15,881 bases of DNA from Octopus sinensis (GCF_006345805.1 NW_021825438.1:1-15881); one strand, 5' to 3'; positions 1 through 9,806 are shown, counted from the stretch's first letter. Notes: a model not told the origin generated them from the letters alone. Translations and numbers: made by a program.

Positions 1-283
1 TCTTTTTTACTCATCCTCCTTTTCACCCGAATCATTAATGCTCCGGATTATCGATTTATTTGCTTATTCTCATTTGTGTTGCCAAACTTTGACTGAACGA
101 TAATAAAGCAGTGATTTGAAAGTTCAAACCACTGAGTTTGGGTCTTCATATTTTGGCAACTCGCCATTTGCTCTCAACATCATTCACACTACAAACCTCT
201 ATACAACTCCCCCTCCCCTACTTTATTTCGATGCAACCTATATTTACGTAATTACTTAAGCGAAGCAAACTTGAATGCAGTTA

Positions 284-642
284 CATGTACAAGTGTGTGT
301 GTTTGTGTGTTTATTTGTGTTTATTTGTGTGAGGTGTACACACATATATGTCTTTAAGTACGTATGCATGTCTATATATATATATATATATAATATATAC
401 ATATATGTATGTATGGTATAATATATGTATATATATATTATATATATATGTATATATATAATGTTATATATATGTATATATATATGTATGCATATATATA
501 TATAAATATATATATATGTATATGTATATATATATATGTATACATATATGTATGTGTGCGTATATATATATGTATATATATACACATACATATATATAGA
601 AGAGAGAGAGAAAGATTTATATACACTCACATCCATCCATCC

Positions 643-678
<36 letters not shown>

Positions 679-725
679 TCATATGTACAATCGTACATGC
701 ATACATAAATATAAGTATGTGTGTA
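284..725. repeat. Compound (GT)/(TA)/(TATG) microsatellite tract
   Basis: Low-complexity dinucleotide runs seen directly; they explain the ORFs at 256-808. Confidence 0.95.
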
Positions 726-1044
726 TACAAATATTTCCTAATAAATCTCGCAATATAGGTTTATCTTGTAGAAACAGAGTCCAATATTCGATACAGGCCG
801 TACTATAATGTAATCTAATATATATGTGCAAATATACTCGCAAGAATCACGTGAAATCAGAAAAATTAATATCAGTACATATATTAATTTTGTGCCACTT
901 GCCCATTGGTTTCGTACAGCGCAGTGCACTCGTCAGTGAGCAAAAAGTCACATGGACTATACGGTATCGATGTGTTTGGTTTGGTTTCTTTCATATCACA
1001 TGAAGAGCTGAGAGAATGTAAGCATATTATTAAACGAATTTGAT

Positions 1045-1166
1045 ATGAATTTTAAATTTTGGCACAAGGAGAAGGTAAGTTGATTACATCGGCCCAGTGC
1101 TCAATTGGTACATATTTCATTGACCCTAAAAGAACGAAAAACAAAGTCGACCTTGGTGGAATTTGA
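1045..1166 (-). mobile_element. tRNA-derived SINE family A, 3' portion, antisense
   Basis: Reverse complement matches the 3' half of the copies at 1256-1490 and 5843-6062 (aaattttggcacaagg...caaagtcgacc...ggaatttga). Confidence 0.85.
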
Positions 1167-1243
1167 GCACTGGAGTCGATGTCATTGACTTAGATTCTCC
1201 TCTGGAATTGCTGGCCTTGTGCTAAAATCTGATACAAATATTT
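1163..1243 (+). mobile_element. SINE family A, 3' terminal portion, sense, fused to the antisense fragment
   Basis: ttgagcactggagtcgatgt...aattgctggccttgtgctaaaatctga matches positions ~5980-6062. Confidence 0.85.
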
Positions 1244-1255
1244 ATATTACCTTAA

Positions 1256-1490
1256 GACGCATGCTGGCAGAATCGTTAGCGCGCTGGGCAAAATGTTTAC
1301 TGGCATTTCGACCTTTACTAGCATTTCGATCTTTACGTTCTGAGTTCAAATTCTGCGGAGGTCGACTTTGCCTTTCATTCATCCTTTCAGGCTCGATAAA
1401 ATAAGTACCAGTTAATCAGTGGTGTCTATGTAATTCACTTGTCCCCTCCCAATAATTGCTGGCTTTGTGCCAAAATTTGAAATCTATATT
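1256..1490 (+). mobile_element. tRNA-derived SINE family A, near full length, with an internal 18-bp tandem duplication (1296-1331)
   Basis: Box A-like tggcagaatcgttag and box B-like gagttcaaattc; colinear with 5843-6062. Duplicated units are tttactggcatttcgacc and tttactagcatttcgatc. Confidence 0.9.
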
Positions 1491-1513
1491 ATTATTCCAT
1501 TTTCCTTTTCATA

Positions 1514-1611
1514 AAGCGGCGAGAGGAGAGAATCGTTAGCATGCCGGGCAAAATGCTTATCGGCATTTCCACCATCTTTACGTTCGGAGTTCAAGTCCTG
1601 CCGAGATCGAC
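1514..1611 (+). mobile_element. SINE family A, 5' fragment
   Basis: gcggcgag...gaatcgttagcatgccgggcaaaatg...ggagttcaagtc matches the heads of the other copies. Confidence 0.85.
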
Positions 1612-1699
1612 AATATTTCAATGCGGAACAAATAATTTACGAAAAAATTATTCGCATGAAATCATTGATGGCCTTGTTAATCCATAGATGGAAATGTAT

Positions 1700-1717
1700 G
1701 TACACATACACACACAC

Positions 1718-1762
<45 letters not shown>

Positions 1763-1781
1763 ACACACACCACACCACACA

Positions 1782-1829
<48 letters not shown>

Positions 1830-2040
1830 GCCTCAAATGGAACTCACAATGCAACAGCTTTCACACATCTGAGATGATGTTACACATACAAACCTCCTAG
1901 GCCGCCTACAAATGAAGGCTACCAACACACACACGCACACACACACACACACACATACGAATATATACTCACACATATATACATGCATGCGTTTACATAT
2001 TTGTGTGCCTGCGCGCGTATGTTTGTATAGAGAGATAGAT
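1700..2040. repeat. (CA)n microsatellites (about 1700-1830 and 1922-1990) with short spacer
   Basis: Seen directly. Confidence 0.9.
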
Positions 2041-2262
2041 CAATAGCTATCTAACTGGATAGAAATATAATTTGCTGGAAGCTGAAATTTCACACATCGT
2101 CACCTTGAATTCCTCTTGCAAGAAACTTTGTAAACCGGTTGCTATTATTGGATAAGTCCCTTTCCTCGCCTTGTTTAAGATAATTCGCGAGCATACAACC
2201 ACACACACGAGAGCGCGTGCATGCACGCACGTCAGTTGGCTTCTACGCGCCTCTGAATGCGC

Positions 2263-2337
2263 TAATAATACAGGAATGTACTAATAATACAGAATGTATT
2301 AATAATACAGAAATGTACTTATAATAGAGAAATTTAC
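2263..2337. repeat. Minisatellite, 4 units of 18-19 bp (taataatacagaaatgtac)
   Basis: Units at 2263-2281, 2282-2299, 2300-2318 and 2319-2337. Confidence 0.9.
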
Positions 2338-2586
2338 ATTACATGTAGTATTTAATAGTTTTACGATATAAGCTATTAAAAGAATCTTGTTGTGAAGACA
2401 CGTCTAGGCAGGTTGTTATAACACGCCCATTGTCTCCAAGCAATCTTCATGGTCTTAAAGTCTGATAGACTACTTCGAGACACAGAGTGTGTCATGAAAA
2501 CCGGCTTAGATGCGTGTTTGCACAAGAAATTATCAGCAGCTCGTATCTTTATACTGCGCATATTCAATGATCACACACCACACACA

Positions 2587-2587
2587 G

Positions 2588-2682
<95 letters not shown>

Positions 2683-2802
2683 TATGTGATATATATATTA
2701 TATATATATATATATACAATACATACATATATATATATATATATATACACATATATATATATTATACACATACATACATACATACATACCTACATACACA
2801 TA
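2587..2802. repeat. (TA)n/(TACA)n microsatellite
   Basis: Seen directly. Confidence 0.95.
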
Positions 2803-2807
2803 TATTA

Positions 2808-2877
2808 CAGACAAGATAGGAAAAAAATATAGTGAACAATAATAATATCTTGCCTAAATGGGTCAGAACAAGTAAAT

Positions 2878-2965
<88 letters not shown>

Positions 2966-3068
2966 ATATATATTATATATATATATATATATATAAGCAT
3001 TTACTTGTTCTGACCCATTTGAGGCAAGATATTATTATTGTTCACTGATATTTTTCCTATCTTGTCTG
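2808..3068. mobile_element. MITE-like palindrome: 79-bp inverted arms (2803-2881, 2995-3073) around a (TA)n core; TA-CAG...CTG-TA ends
   Basis: Arms differ by 1 substitution and 3 small indels. Flanking TA at 2806-2807 and 3069-3070 fits a Tc1/mariner-type target duplication (inference). Confidence 0.65.
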
Positions 3069-3130
3069 TAATAGATTTGTGACTATTCGGTGGTACAGAA
3101 GTATTTTTTGACTTCTACCATTAGCGATAC

Positions 3131-3170
3131 TACTCATGTACTTATATACTTATATACTCATATACTTATG
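3131..3170. repeat. Five tandem 8-mers (tacttata-like)
   Basis: tactcatg tacttata tacttata tactcata tacttatg. Confidence 0.8.
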
Positions 3171-3336
3171 TATATGTGTACATATCTAATATTGTATGTA
3201 TATATTTTATTAATTTGCCTGTACAGCTGATAATTCGCTTATCACTTGTGATGGTATTATAATAATACCATCCCTATATTTATTTATAATTATATATATA
3301 TATATACATGTATACAAACATGTGTAAGCATAAGTG

Positions 3337-3672
3337 AAGGCGTATGGCTCAGTGGTTAGAGCATCGAGCTTACGATCGTGAAATTGTGAGGTTCGAATCC
3401 CGGACCGGACTGTGTGTTGTGTTCTTGAGCAAGACACTTTATTTCACGTTGCTCCAGTTCACTCAGCTGTAGAAACGAGTTGCGACGTCACAGGTGCCAA
3501 GCTGTATCGGCCCCTTTACCTTTACCTTGGATAACACTGGTGGCGTGGAGAGGGGAAGCTGGTATGCATGGGCGACTGCTGGTCTTCCATAAACAACCTT
3601 GCCCGGACTTGTACCTTGGAGGGTAACTTTCTAGGTGCAAACCCACGGTCAGTCATGACCGAAGGGGGTCCC
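3337..3672 (+). mobile_element. tRNA-derived SINE family B with CORE-like central domain
   Basis: Box A tggctcagtgg (3345-3355) and box B ggttcgaatccc (3390-3401), followed by ttcttgagcaagacactt...ccagttcactcagctgta, which resembles the CORE-SINE domain. The 3' boundary is approximate. Confidence 0.85.
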
Positions 3673-3695
3673 AACCAATACAAACATATATGTAT

Positions 3696-3746
3696 AAATC
3701 CTTAAAATCCTTAAAAATGTTTTAGCCCGAAGGCCGCGGCCATGCT
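3696..3746 (-). mobile_element. Isolated retroelement 3' tail (gcatggccgc-ggccTTCGggct-aaaac followed by ttttaagga repeats)
   Basis: Shares gcatggccgc...aaac with the tails at 4880-4917, 8585-8634 and 10131-10180; 9-bp tandem repeat at 3696-3713. Confidence 0.6.
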
Positions 3747-4368
3747 AATTATAAAGGGGCGTATATGTGTATGAGGATATGTGTATACATACATATATAC
3801 GCCACTATAGGTATATGTATGTATATATGAATATGTATGTATATGTGTGTATGCATGTATGTATTTAGGTACGTATATATATATATATATATATATATAT
3901 TACTCTACCCCTGGTATTTGAGTACTCTTTTTTCCACCTTATTTCACATTTATGTGTTTACTCCGGTATATATATATATTTAGATAGATGGATAGAAATG
4001 TATTAGAGTGGTTGTGTATGTAGCCACAGAAATACTTTCGTTGCTATTATGTAAAAATGACTGCTGGAGACACGATTGTTTAATCAAAAGAATCGGGTAT
4101 CGCAAGCAAATATAAATATTGAAAAAATATATATTTGGCCAAATTTGGGCATACGACAGTTTAACATAATAGCAACGATTATACATGTTTGGTATGTACC
4201 GGTTTACACGCTAGAATGTTCATATCTTTTATTTAAATCTTCACCTGTTTTGACAAATCGCCATTCACATGTTACTTCATGTTTGACATGCAAACTCCCA
4301 ATATATTATATATTTTGTGTAAGCATAGAGGTAATGAGAGAGAAAGGGAATAAAGGAATACATACTTA

Positions 4369-4706
4369 CGGGATACGGCACTTTGGTCTAGAACACTTTG
4401 GTCTAAACCACTTTAGTCTAAAGGCATTTTCGTCTAAAGGCACTTTTGTCTGGGCATTTTCGTCTCAAGACAAAAAGGATTATTAGAGTATAGCTATTTA
4501 GATCTTTTACATTTTTTTTATAGATTCTATACGCAAAATAGTTATTAGACCAGAGTGAGTTTAGACAAAAATGTCTTTATACAAAGGGCATTCAGACAAA
4601 ATGTCTTTAGACTATAGTGTATTTATACAAAAGTCACTTTAGACCAAAGTCCCTTAGACCACAGCGCATTAGACCGAAGTGTTTAAGACGAAAAGCCCTA
4701 AATCCG
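4369..4706. mobile_element. Foldback/MITE-like element with inverted arrays of ~15-bp subterminal repeats; TA-CGG...CCG-TA ends
   Basis: About 6 units of cactttggtctaaa at 4379-4470 and about 10 inverted units of ttagaccaaagtg at 4545-4697. Termini atacttacgg / ccgtacgtat pair at 9 of 10 positions. Confidence 0.75.
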
Positions 4707-4708
4707 TA

Positions 4709-4732
4709 CGTATATATATGGATATATATATA

Positions 4733-4780
<48 letters not shown>

Positions 4781-4807
4781 CATACATACATATACATGCA
4801 TACATTC

Positions 4808-4846
<39 letters not shown>

Positions 4847-5035
4847 ACACATATATATATTATATATATATATATATATCTTGTTTCAGTAATTTGATTG
4901 CGGCCGTGCTGGTGCACGGATATATCTATATTATACATTTTTAGATATATAATATATATATTTATATATATAGGTATAAAACTATACTTACACAAACACA
5001 CACACACACACACACAACACACACACACACACACA
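4709..5035. repeat. (TA)n/(CA)n microsatellites interrupted by a SINE tail fragment
   Basis: Seen directly. Confidence 0.9.
4880..4917 (-). mobile_element. SINE family C 3' tail fragment
   Basis: Reverse complement gtgcaccagcacggccgcaatcaaattactgaaacaag aligns with 8590-8627. Confidence 0.7.
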
Positions 5036-5806
5036 AAAGAAGTACTAACAATGCTGGATCAAAATGTTAATATACTTCTGATGGATGACTTCAACTTCCC
5101 CAACATCAAATGACCCGAAGTCTGCATAATGTCAGGAATGACATGCAAAGAGCGTAACCAAGCAGAATCTCTATTTAACCTCACAGAAATGCCGTTCATG
5201 GAGCAAACAATACACTCTCCAACCAGAAATGATAACATTTTAGACCTCTGTTTCGCCAGCAATGTAGTTCTTATCCACAACGTGAAAATAACGCCGACAA
5301 TCGAGTCAGACCTCATTGTAAAAATGACGATGTATGGTCCAAAACCAATTAATATGTATTCCGCACAGGTGGCAGCGAAACTTTGTCTAGTTTGATCTTC
5401 TACAACGCTGGCTGGAAGTCAATTGAAAAACAGATTAGCCATCAGAATTAACCGAAAAGTCTCTGTATGCAAGATTTTGATATGAAACTTTAAAAATTCA
5501 TGTCAATGAGGAGAGCCATACGCATTAAATTTGTTCCAGAGAAGAGAACAGCCACATACAAAAACATCATTCTTCGAGACAGGAGAGTCTTTATGAGACA
5601 GAGAATAAAGATCTTCAATCACTTAAACAACTTATTGACAGCGAGACATCCCTCCTAGAAGAGAGACTTGTAGAGATCCAAAATAAACTCAGACCCTCCC
5701 ATGAAAAGGAAGAGTAGAAAGAGAAACCAGGGTGGTTGGAAATATAAAAATAAATCCCAAAGCCCTTTACAAGTTCGCGAAAGAGTCTATCTCAGTGCAC
5801 TGCAAG
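5036..5806 (+). pseudogene. Decayed CR1-group LINE ORF2 fragment (APE endonuclease C-terminal half plus linker)
   Basis: Motifs LLMDDFNFP, PTRNDNILDL and KINPKALYKFAKE, with stops and frameshifts; colinear with 11960-12748 on the minus strand. Confidence 0.9.
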
Positions 5807-5842
5807 AGAGTGTCACTTGCGCAATATTCATGTTACCTTTAC

Positions 5843-6062
5843 GGCGGTGAGCTGGCAGAATCGCTAGCACGCCGGGCAATATACTCAGCGGCATTTTGTC
5901 TGTCTTTACGTTCTGAGTTCAAATTCCGCCGAGGTAGACTTTGCTGTTCATCCTTTCGGAATCGATAAAATAAATACCAGTTGAGTACTGAGGTCGATGT
6001 AATCGACTGACTCTTCCCACCTATCGTCCCGAAATTGCTGGACTTGTGCCAAAATTTGAAAT
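5843..6062 (+). mobile_element. tRNA-derived SINE family A, full length, with a 17-bp target-site duplication
   Basis: Box A/B motifs present; caatattcatgttacct (5822-5838) vs caatattcatgtcacct (6063-6079), 1 mismatch. Confidence 0.92.
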
Positions 6063-6120
6063 CAATATTCATGTCACCTCTTGCTCACTATTCATGGTAG
6101 ATTTACTAAGAACTGTACAT

Positions 6121-6740
6121 TCCTTTTCGCCTTCGGCCCAATGCGTCCATGCTGCCAAAAAGCATGCGGAGTTCTGTTTTTGATTCGACGATCATTCGGA
6201 ATGCTCACAGCAGTCATATTCCTACCGCTTTATGTCACGCTGGTGAGACCCATATTGGAGTACGGGATTCAAGCCTCTTCTCCTTATCTCCTCAAAGATA
6301 TACATCATCTCGAAAGAGTCCAGAAGCTGGCTACCCGCATGGTTCTTGGTTTCAAGCATTTGTCTTATGAAGAAAGGCTGAAGACGCTCTAGAAAAACGA
6401 CGACGCCGTGGTGATCTCATTCTTGCTCACAACGTCATAAGCGGAAAGTGTAACCTCTCGAAAAAGCAGTCCTTCACTCCTGCTCCAGAGCGTCGGCTGC
6501 GGGGTCACTCCGAAAAGCTCTATCTGCGACGATTTCATCTCAATTTCTCAGTCCGGGTTGCGGATCCGTGGAATAAGCTGCCGGATGAGATAGTGAAGAT
6601 GCCGACGACCGCTCGGTTCAAAGTCTCTCTTGACCAGAAATGGCCTGAACTCTTTGTGTGAACACCCGCCCTGTACGTAACTCCATGTCCCCCTACATGG
6701 CCTTGCTTTTGCTTTTTGAGCCCCCAAAAATTAAATTGAA
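6121..6740 (+). pseudogene. 5'-truncated CR1-clade LINE: ORF2 C-terminus and 3' UTR
   Basis: LYVTLVRPILEY...LERVQKLATRMV...LSYEERL, then after a frameshift LEKRRRRGDLI...RGHSEKL...FSVRVADPWNKLP; stop TGA at 6659-6661. These are typical CR1 C-terminal motifs. Confidence 0.92.
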
Positions 6741-8061
6741 AACATTTTTTAAAATTCCTGTAAGCGAACGAAGCATTAATTCGTCGTTATTGATGCAAAG
6801 ACATTCACCGCTTGCTTTTCACATGAAGTGCAAAGAAAGGCAACGCAGAAGCATAAATAAAAGTAAGTTAAGATCTCAATGTCTGGATAGTGATAATGAG
6901 TAAAAGGCGCAGAAGAGGTTGGAGAGAGGCCTCATGCTCCCTAGTCTTATTGCAATTATGAAGCTATTCCCAAGTATCATAACAAGCAAGGCTTGACTTG
7001 ACATAATGAAAAAGTTGTGAGTGTTAAGTAGTTTGTCCCATGAAAGGAAGTGTCTACTCTATGAATGACTCAGTGAATCATAAGCAGTATGAGAATGGCA
7101 TTGAAAGTTGCTCTCAGTGAAAGATATCATGGGATATCATGGGATAGTGACTAGATTCACGATGTATTACGATAACTGAACTGCAGAGGAAAGAAAAAAA
7201 AGAAAAGAAAAATATACTACTCTAATCATTGTAATGCAGTGGTATGCAAAAAGAAAGAGAAAAGAAAGATCAAAGCTCACTGCAAATATAACAGAAAAGA
7301 AGAAAATCGAACTTGTATGCATGCCAAAGGAAATTGAATATTCCTTAGTAGCATTAACGCTGCTTAGAACTGCTGGAAAGAACTACATTGGGGGCAAAAT
7401 GCCAAATTCAGTGTGTTTTCCGTTCTATAGCCGACGATGGGATTGCCCCGCAGTGTCAATTGCCTGTACAAGTAAGTTATATAGATTCGTATATATACAC
7501 GTACACGCACACATATACTCACACACATACACACACATGTAAAATTGATTTTATTCTTACATAGAAACATTTATATATACATACACACATACATACATAC
7601 ATAAACACACACACACACACACACACTCACATATATAGGTATGTATATATATATATATATATAGTGTAAATAGATTGGGATATGGAATCTGGGTAGGTAT
7701 CTTACAAGCACACTAGTATGATTCAGGCTCTAGCTAATAATATTGAGTAATATGGAACAACGGGAAATTTCTTGTAGTAAACAATTACACATTATTTCAC
7801 CCTATAGGTGAATCCTGAATTCGCCTCTTTGGCTTTTATTCGGTATGCCGCGTGTATATTTAAGACGTTAAAGTGACGATGGAGAATTGTACATTAATGC
7901 CTCGTAGGCAGGTTGTATTTCGTTATATAACCATAATACACTATAAAATATATTTAATGTTTTTATAAGTCATCACAGCGTTAGGAATGCCCATTAAATT
8001 ATTTTGCAATCTTAACAAAAGGAGAATTGTACATCCACAAACGTGTAAGTATACATATATA

Positions 8062-8213
8062 CAGTTTCCGTTTACCAAATCCACTCACCGGCTTTTGTCG
8101 ACCAGAGGCTATAACAGAAGTAACTTGCCTAAGGTACCACGCAGTGAGACTGAACCTGGAACCATGTGGTTGGGAAGCAAGCTTCTTAACATACAGCCTT
8201 GCCTGTGCCTATA
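8062..8213 (-). mobile_element. SINE family C, 5' 152 bp, antisense (left arm of foldback)
   Basis: 149 of 152 positions identical to the reverse complement of 8236-8387. Confidence 0.95.
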
Positions 8214-8235
8214 CATATATGTTTAAGAATACATA

Positions 8236-8407
8236 TATAGGCACAGGTAAGGCTGTATGTTAAGAAGCTTGCTTCCCAACCACATGGTTCCAGGTTCAGT
8301 CTCACTGCGTGGTACCTTAGGCAAGTTACTTCTGTTATAGCCTCTGGTCGACAAAAGCCGGTGAGTGTATTTGGTAAACAGAAACTGGAAGAAGCACGTC
8401 GTAATTA

Positions 8408-8438
<31 letters not shown>

Positions 8439-8634
8439 TGAGTGACCATCGGCGCTTGAAAACTAGGGCTGATGTGTTTACTTCCCTATAACTTAGCAGT
8501 TCGGCAGAAAAGAGAACAATAGAGCAAGTACTAAGCTTTAAGAAAATAGTCCTGGGGTTGATTTCTTCGACTAAAACCCTTCAAGGTGGTGCCTTAGAAT
8601 GACTGCAGTTTAATGACTGTAACAAGTGAAAGAT
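8236..8634 (+). mobile_element. tRNA-derived SINE family C (CORE-like), full length with internal (GT)n
   Basis: Box A-like ggctgtatgttaag, box B-like ggttcagtctc, CORE-like accttaggcaagttactt, internal GT tract at ~8408-8440, tail gcagtttaatgactgtaacaagtgaaaga. Confidence 0.88.
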
Positions 8635-9167
8635 ATATATAGTTCATAGATGAGAATAAGTTATTCTCTGCATAGAACACACTTAGTAGTGTTCCAGAGA
8701 TTTAAACTTTAACGGGTATAGAAGTAAATGTAAGGATAAGCTAGTTTCGACAGACCACAAGGCTTGATCTGCCTAAATTTGCTTACCCCTACAGTTACTT
8801 ATATATACGTAATTGCAAGCATGTATGCATTGCAGTAAATGCCAACATATCTCATGCAGAGAGCAAGATAACTTTAACTGATCGCATCTACATTCTTACA
8901 GATCAGAAGTTAAGTGTTATAGAACAATTCTACTCTAAACGAAACAAAAGTAAGGGAGACAACTGAAAATGAAACAGAAAAACAAAATCGAAGAAGGAAT
9001 AAGCTGTCAGTCATAATTTCATAAGCGGAAATAATTATTGCAGTGAGAAATGTAGTGCAATATCTAATAGAATTACTGGCGAATATGGGCATGTTTCAGT
9101 GTTATTGGATCTTTTCAGTGAAGAATAGTCATTCACTTAATAGCTTAATCAACAGAACAGGAATACC

Positions 9168-9178
9168 TGCCTGTCTGC

Positions 9179-9249
<71 letters not shown>

Positions 9250-9324
9250 CCTACGTACCTACGTACGTACGTACCTACCTACCTACCTACCAACCAAAAA
9301 ATCAACCAACCAACCAACCAACCA
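9168..9324. repeat. Compound tetranucleotide microsatellite (cctg/ctat/ccta/cgta/ccaa)
   Basis: Seen directly. Confidence 0.95.
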
Positions 9325-9585
9325 ATAGGAATTTGAGCACTTGCTTTTGTAAGTAAATGCCCAACTGTCAGTCTGGATAAGCTTGGATTTTCAGAAAAAG
9401 AAATTAGCCAACTGATTCCCACATTATAGATAAACTCTGTAAGCGGAACAGTGAAGCTATGCAAGACTTTTCTCAGATTTAAAATTTGACAGTGTTTTCG
9501 TTATCTACGATCCAAATATGGAGCCTTGTATCATTGTTGGAAACCAACTCCTTCTTTAGAGGAAGAATTTAAATGATTAAAAACA
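9325..9585 (+). pseudogene. 3' end relic of a REL-endonuclease (R4/Dong-like) non-LTR retrotransposon
   Basis: Translates ALAFVSKCPTVSLDKLGFSEKEISQLIPTL*INSVSGTVKLCKTFLRFKI* (terminal TGA at 9487-9489); homologous to 14340-14580 on the minus strand. Confidence 0.65.
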
Positions 9586-9789
9586 TAACGTACATACATA
9601 CATACATAAAACACACACGCGCACACACACACATATATAATTATGGCATTAGGCATTCTGTACAGACATGTTCTACACAAAGCTACAAGTGCAAAGAGGA
9701 CGCTTATTCCATAATTAGCAGATATACTCTTCCACATGGCGAATATATATTATTGGCTTGCTTTGGTTCATGTCAACCTTAGTAGCAAC

Positions 9790-9806
9790 GCTCTCTCTCT
9801 CTCTCG

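Noticed and set aside
256-808. Long ORFs rich in YI/TH/CV (also at 1637-1900, 2449-2832, 4617-5113, 9736-10253 and 13254-13629)
   Set aside because: They are translations of (TA)n/(CA)n microsatellites, which lack stop codons in several frames.
2376-2570. Overlapping short ORFs on both strands in unique-looking DNA
   Set aside because: No recognisable motif or convincing splice sites.
3337-3412. Apparent tRNA gene
   Set aside because: Box A and B are present, but I find no convincing acceptor stem, and the sequence runs into a CORE-like SINE body.
4379-4697. CRISPR-like appearance of the 15-bp repeats
   Set aside because: Units are directly tandem without unique spacers, are arranged as inverted arrays, and lie in a eukaryotic context.
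6780-7150. Minus-strand AYDSLSHS* resembling the RT motif AYDSVPHSW
   Set aside because: The flanking residues do not match RT motifs; it needs BLASTX and is too weak to call.
7234-7542. 102-aa ORF on the plus strand
   Set aside because: It is built from A-rich and CA-repeat sequence and has no recognisable domain.
8907-9015. Peptide KLSVI encoded twice with different codons (8907-8921 and 9001-9015)
   Set aside because: The two copies are in different frames and only 5 residues long, so chance is a sufficient explanation.
9481-9570. Shared ATT-TGA-C in both REL relics, resembling a prfB-type +1 frameshift site with apparent similarity in the +1 frame downstream
   Set aside because: My hand count over 29 downstream codons gave 8/14/14 mismatches at positions 1/2/3 of the +1 frame, which is not a coding pattern. 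The TGA falls where REL-type ORFs normally end, so it is most simply the real stop followed by 3' UTR.
9660-9790. [17 protein letters not shown] resembling a decayed CCHC region of REL elements
   Set aside because: Key Cys/His residues are missing, and it lies downstream of the neighbouring element's 3' end, i.e. in the wrong order.
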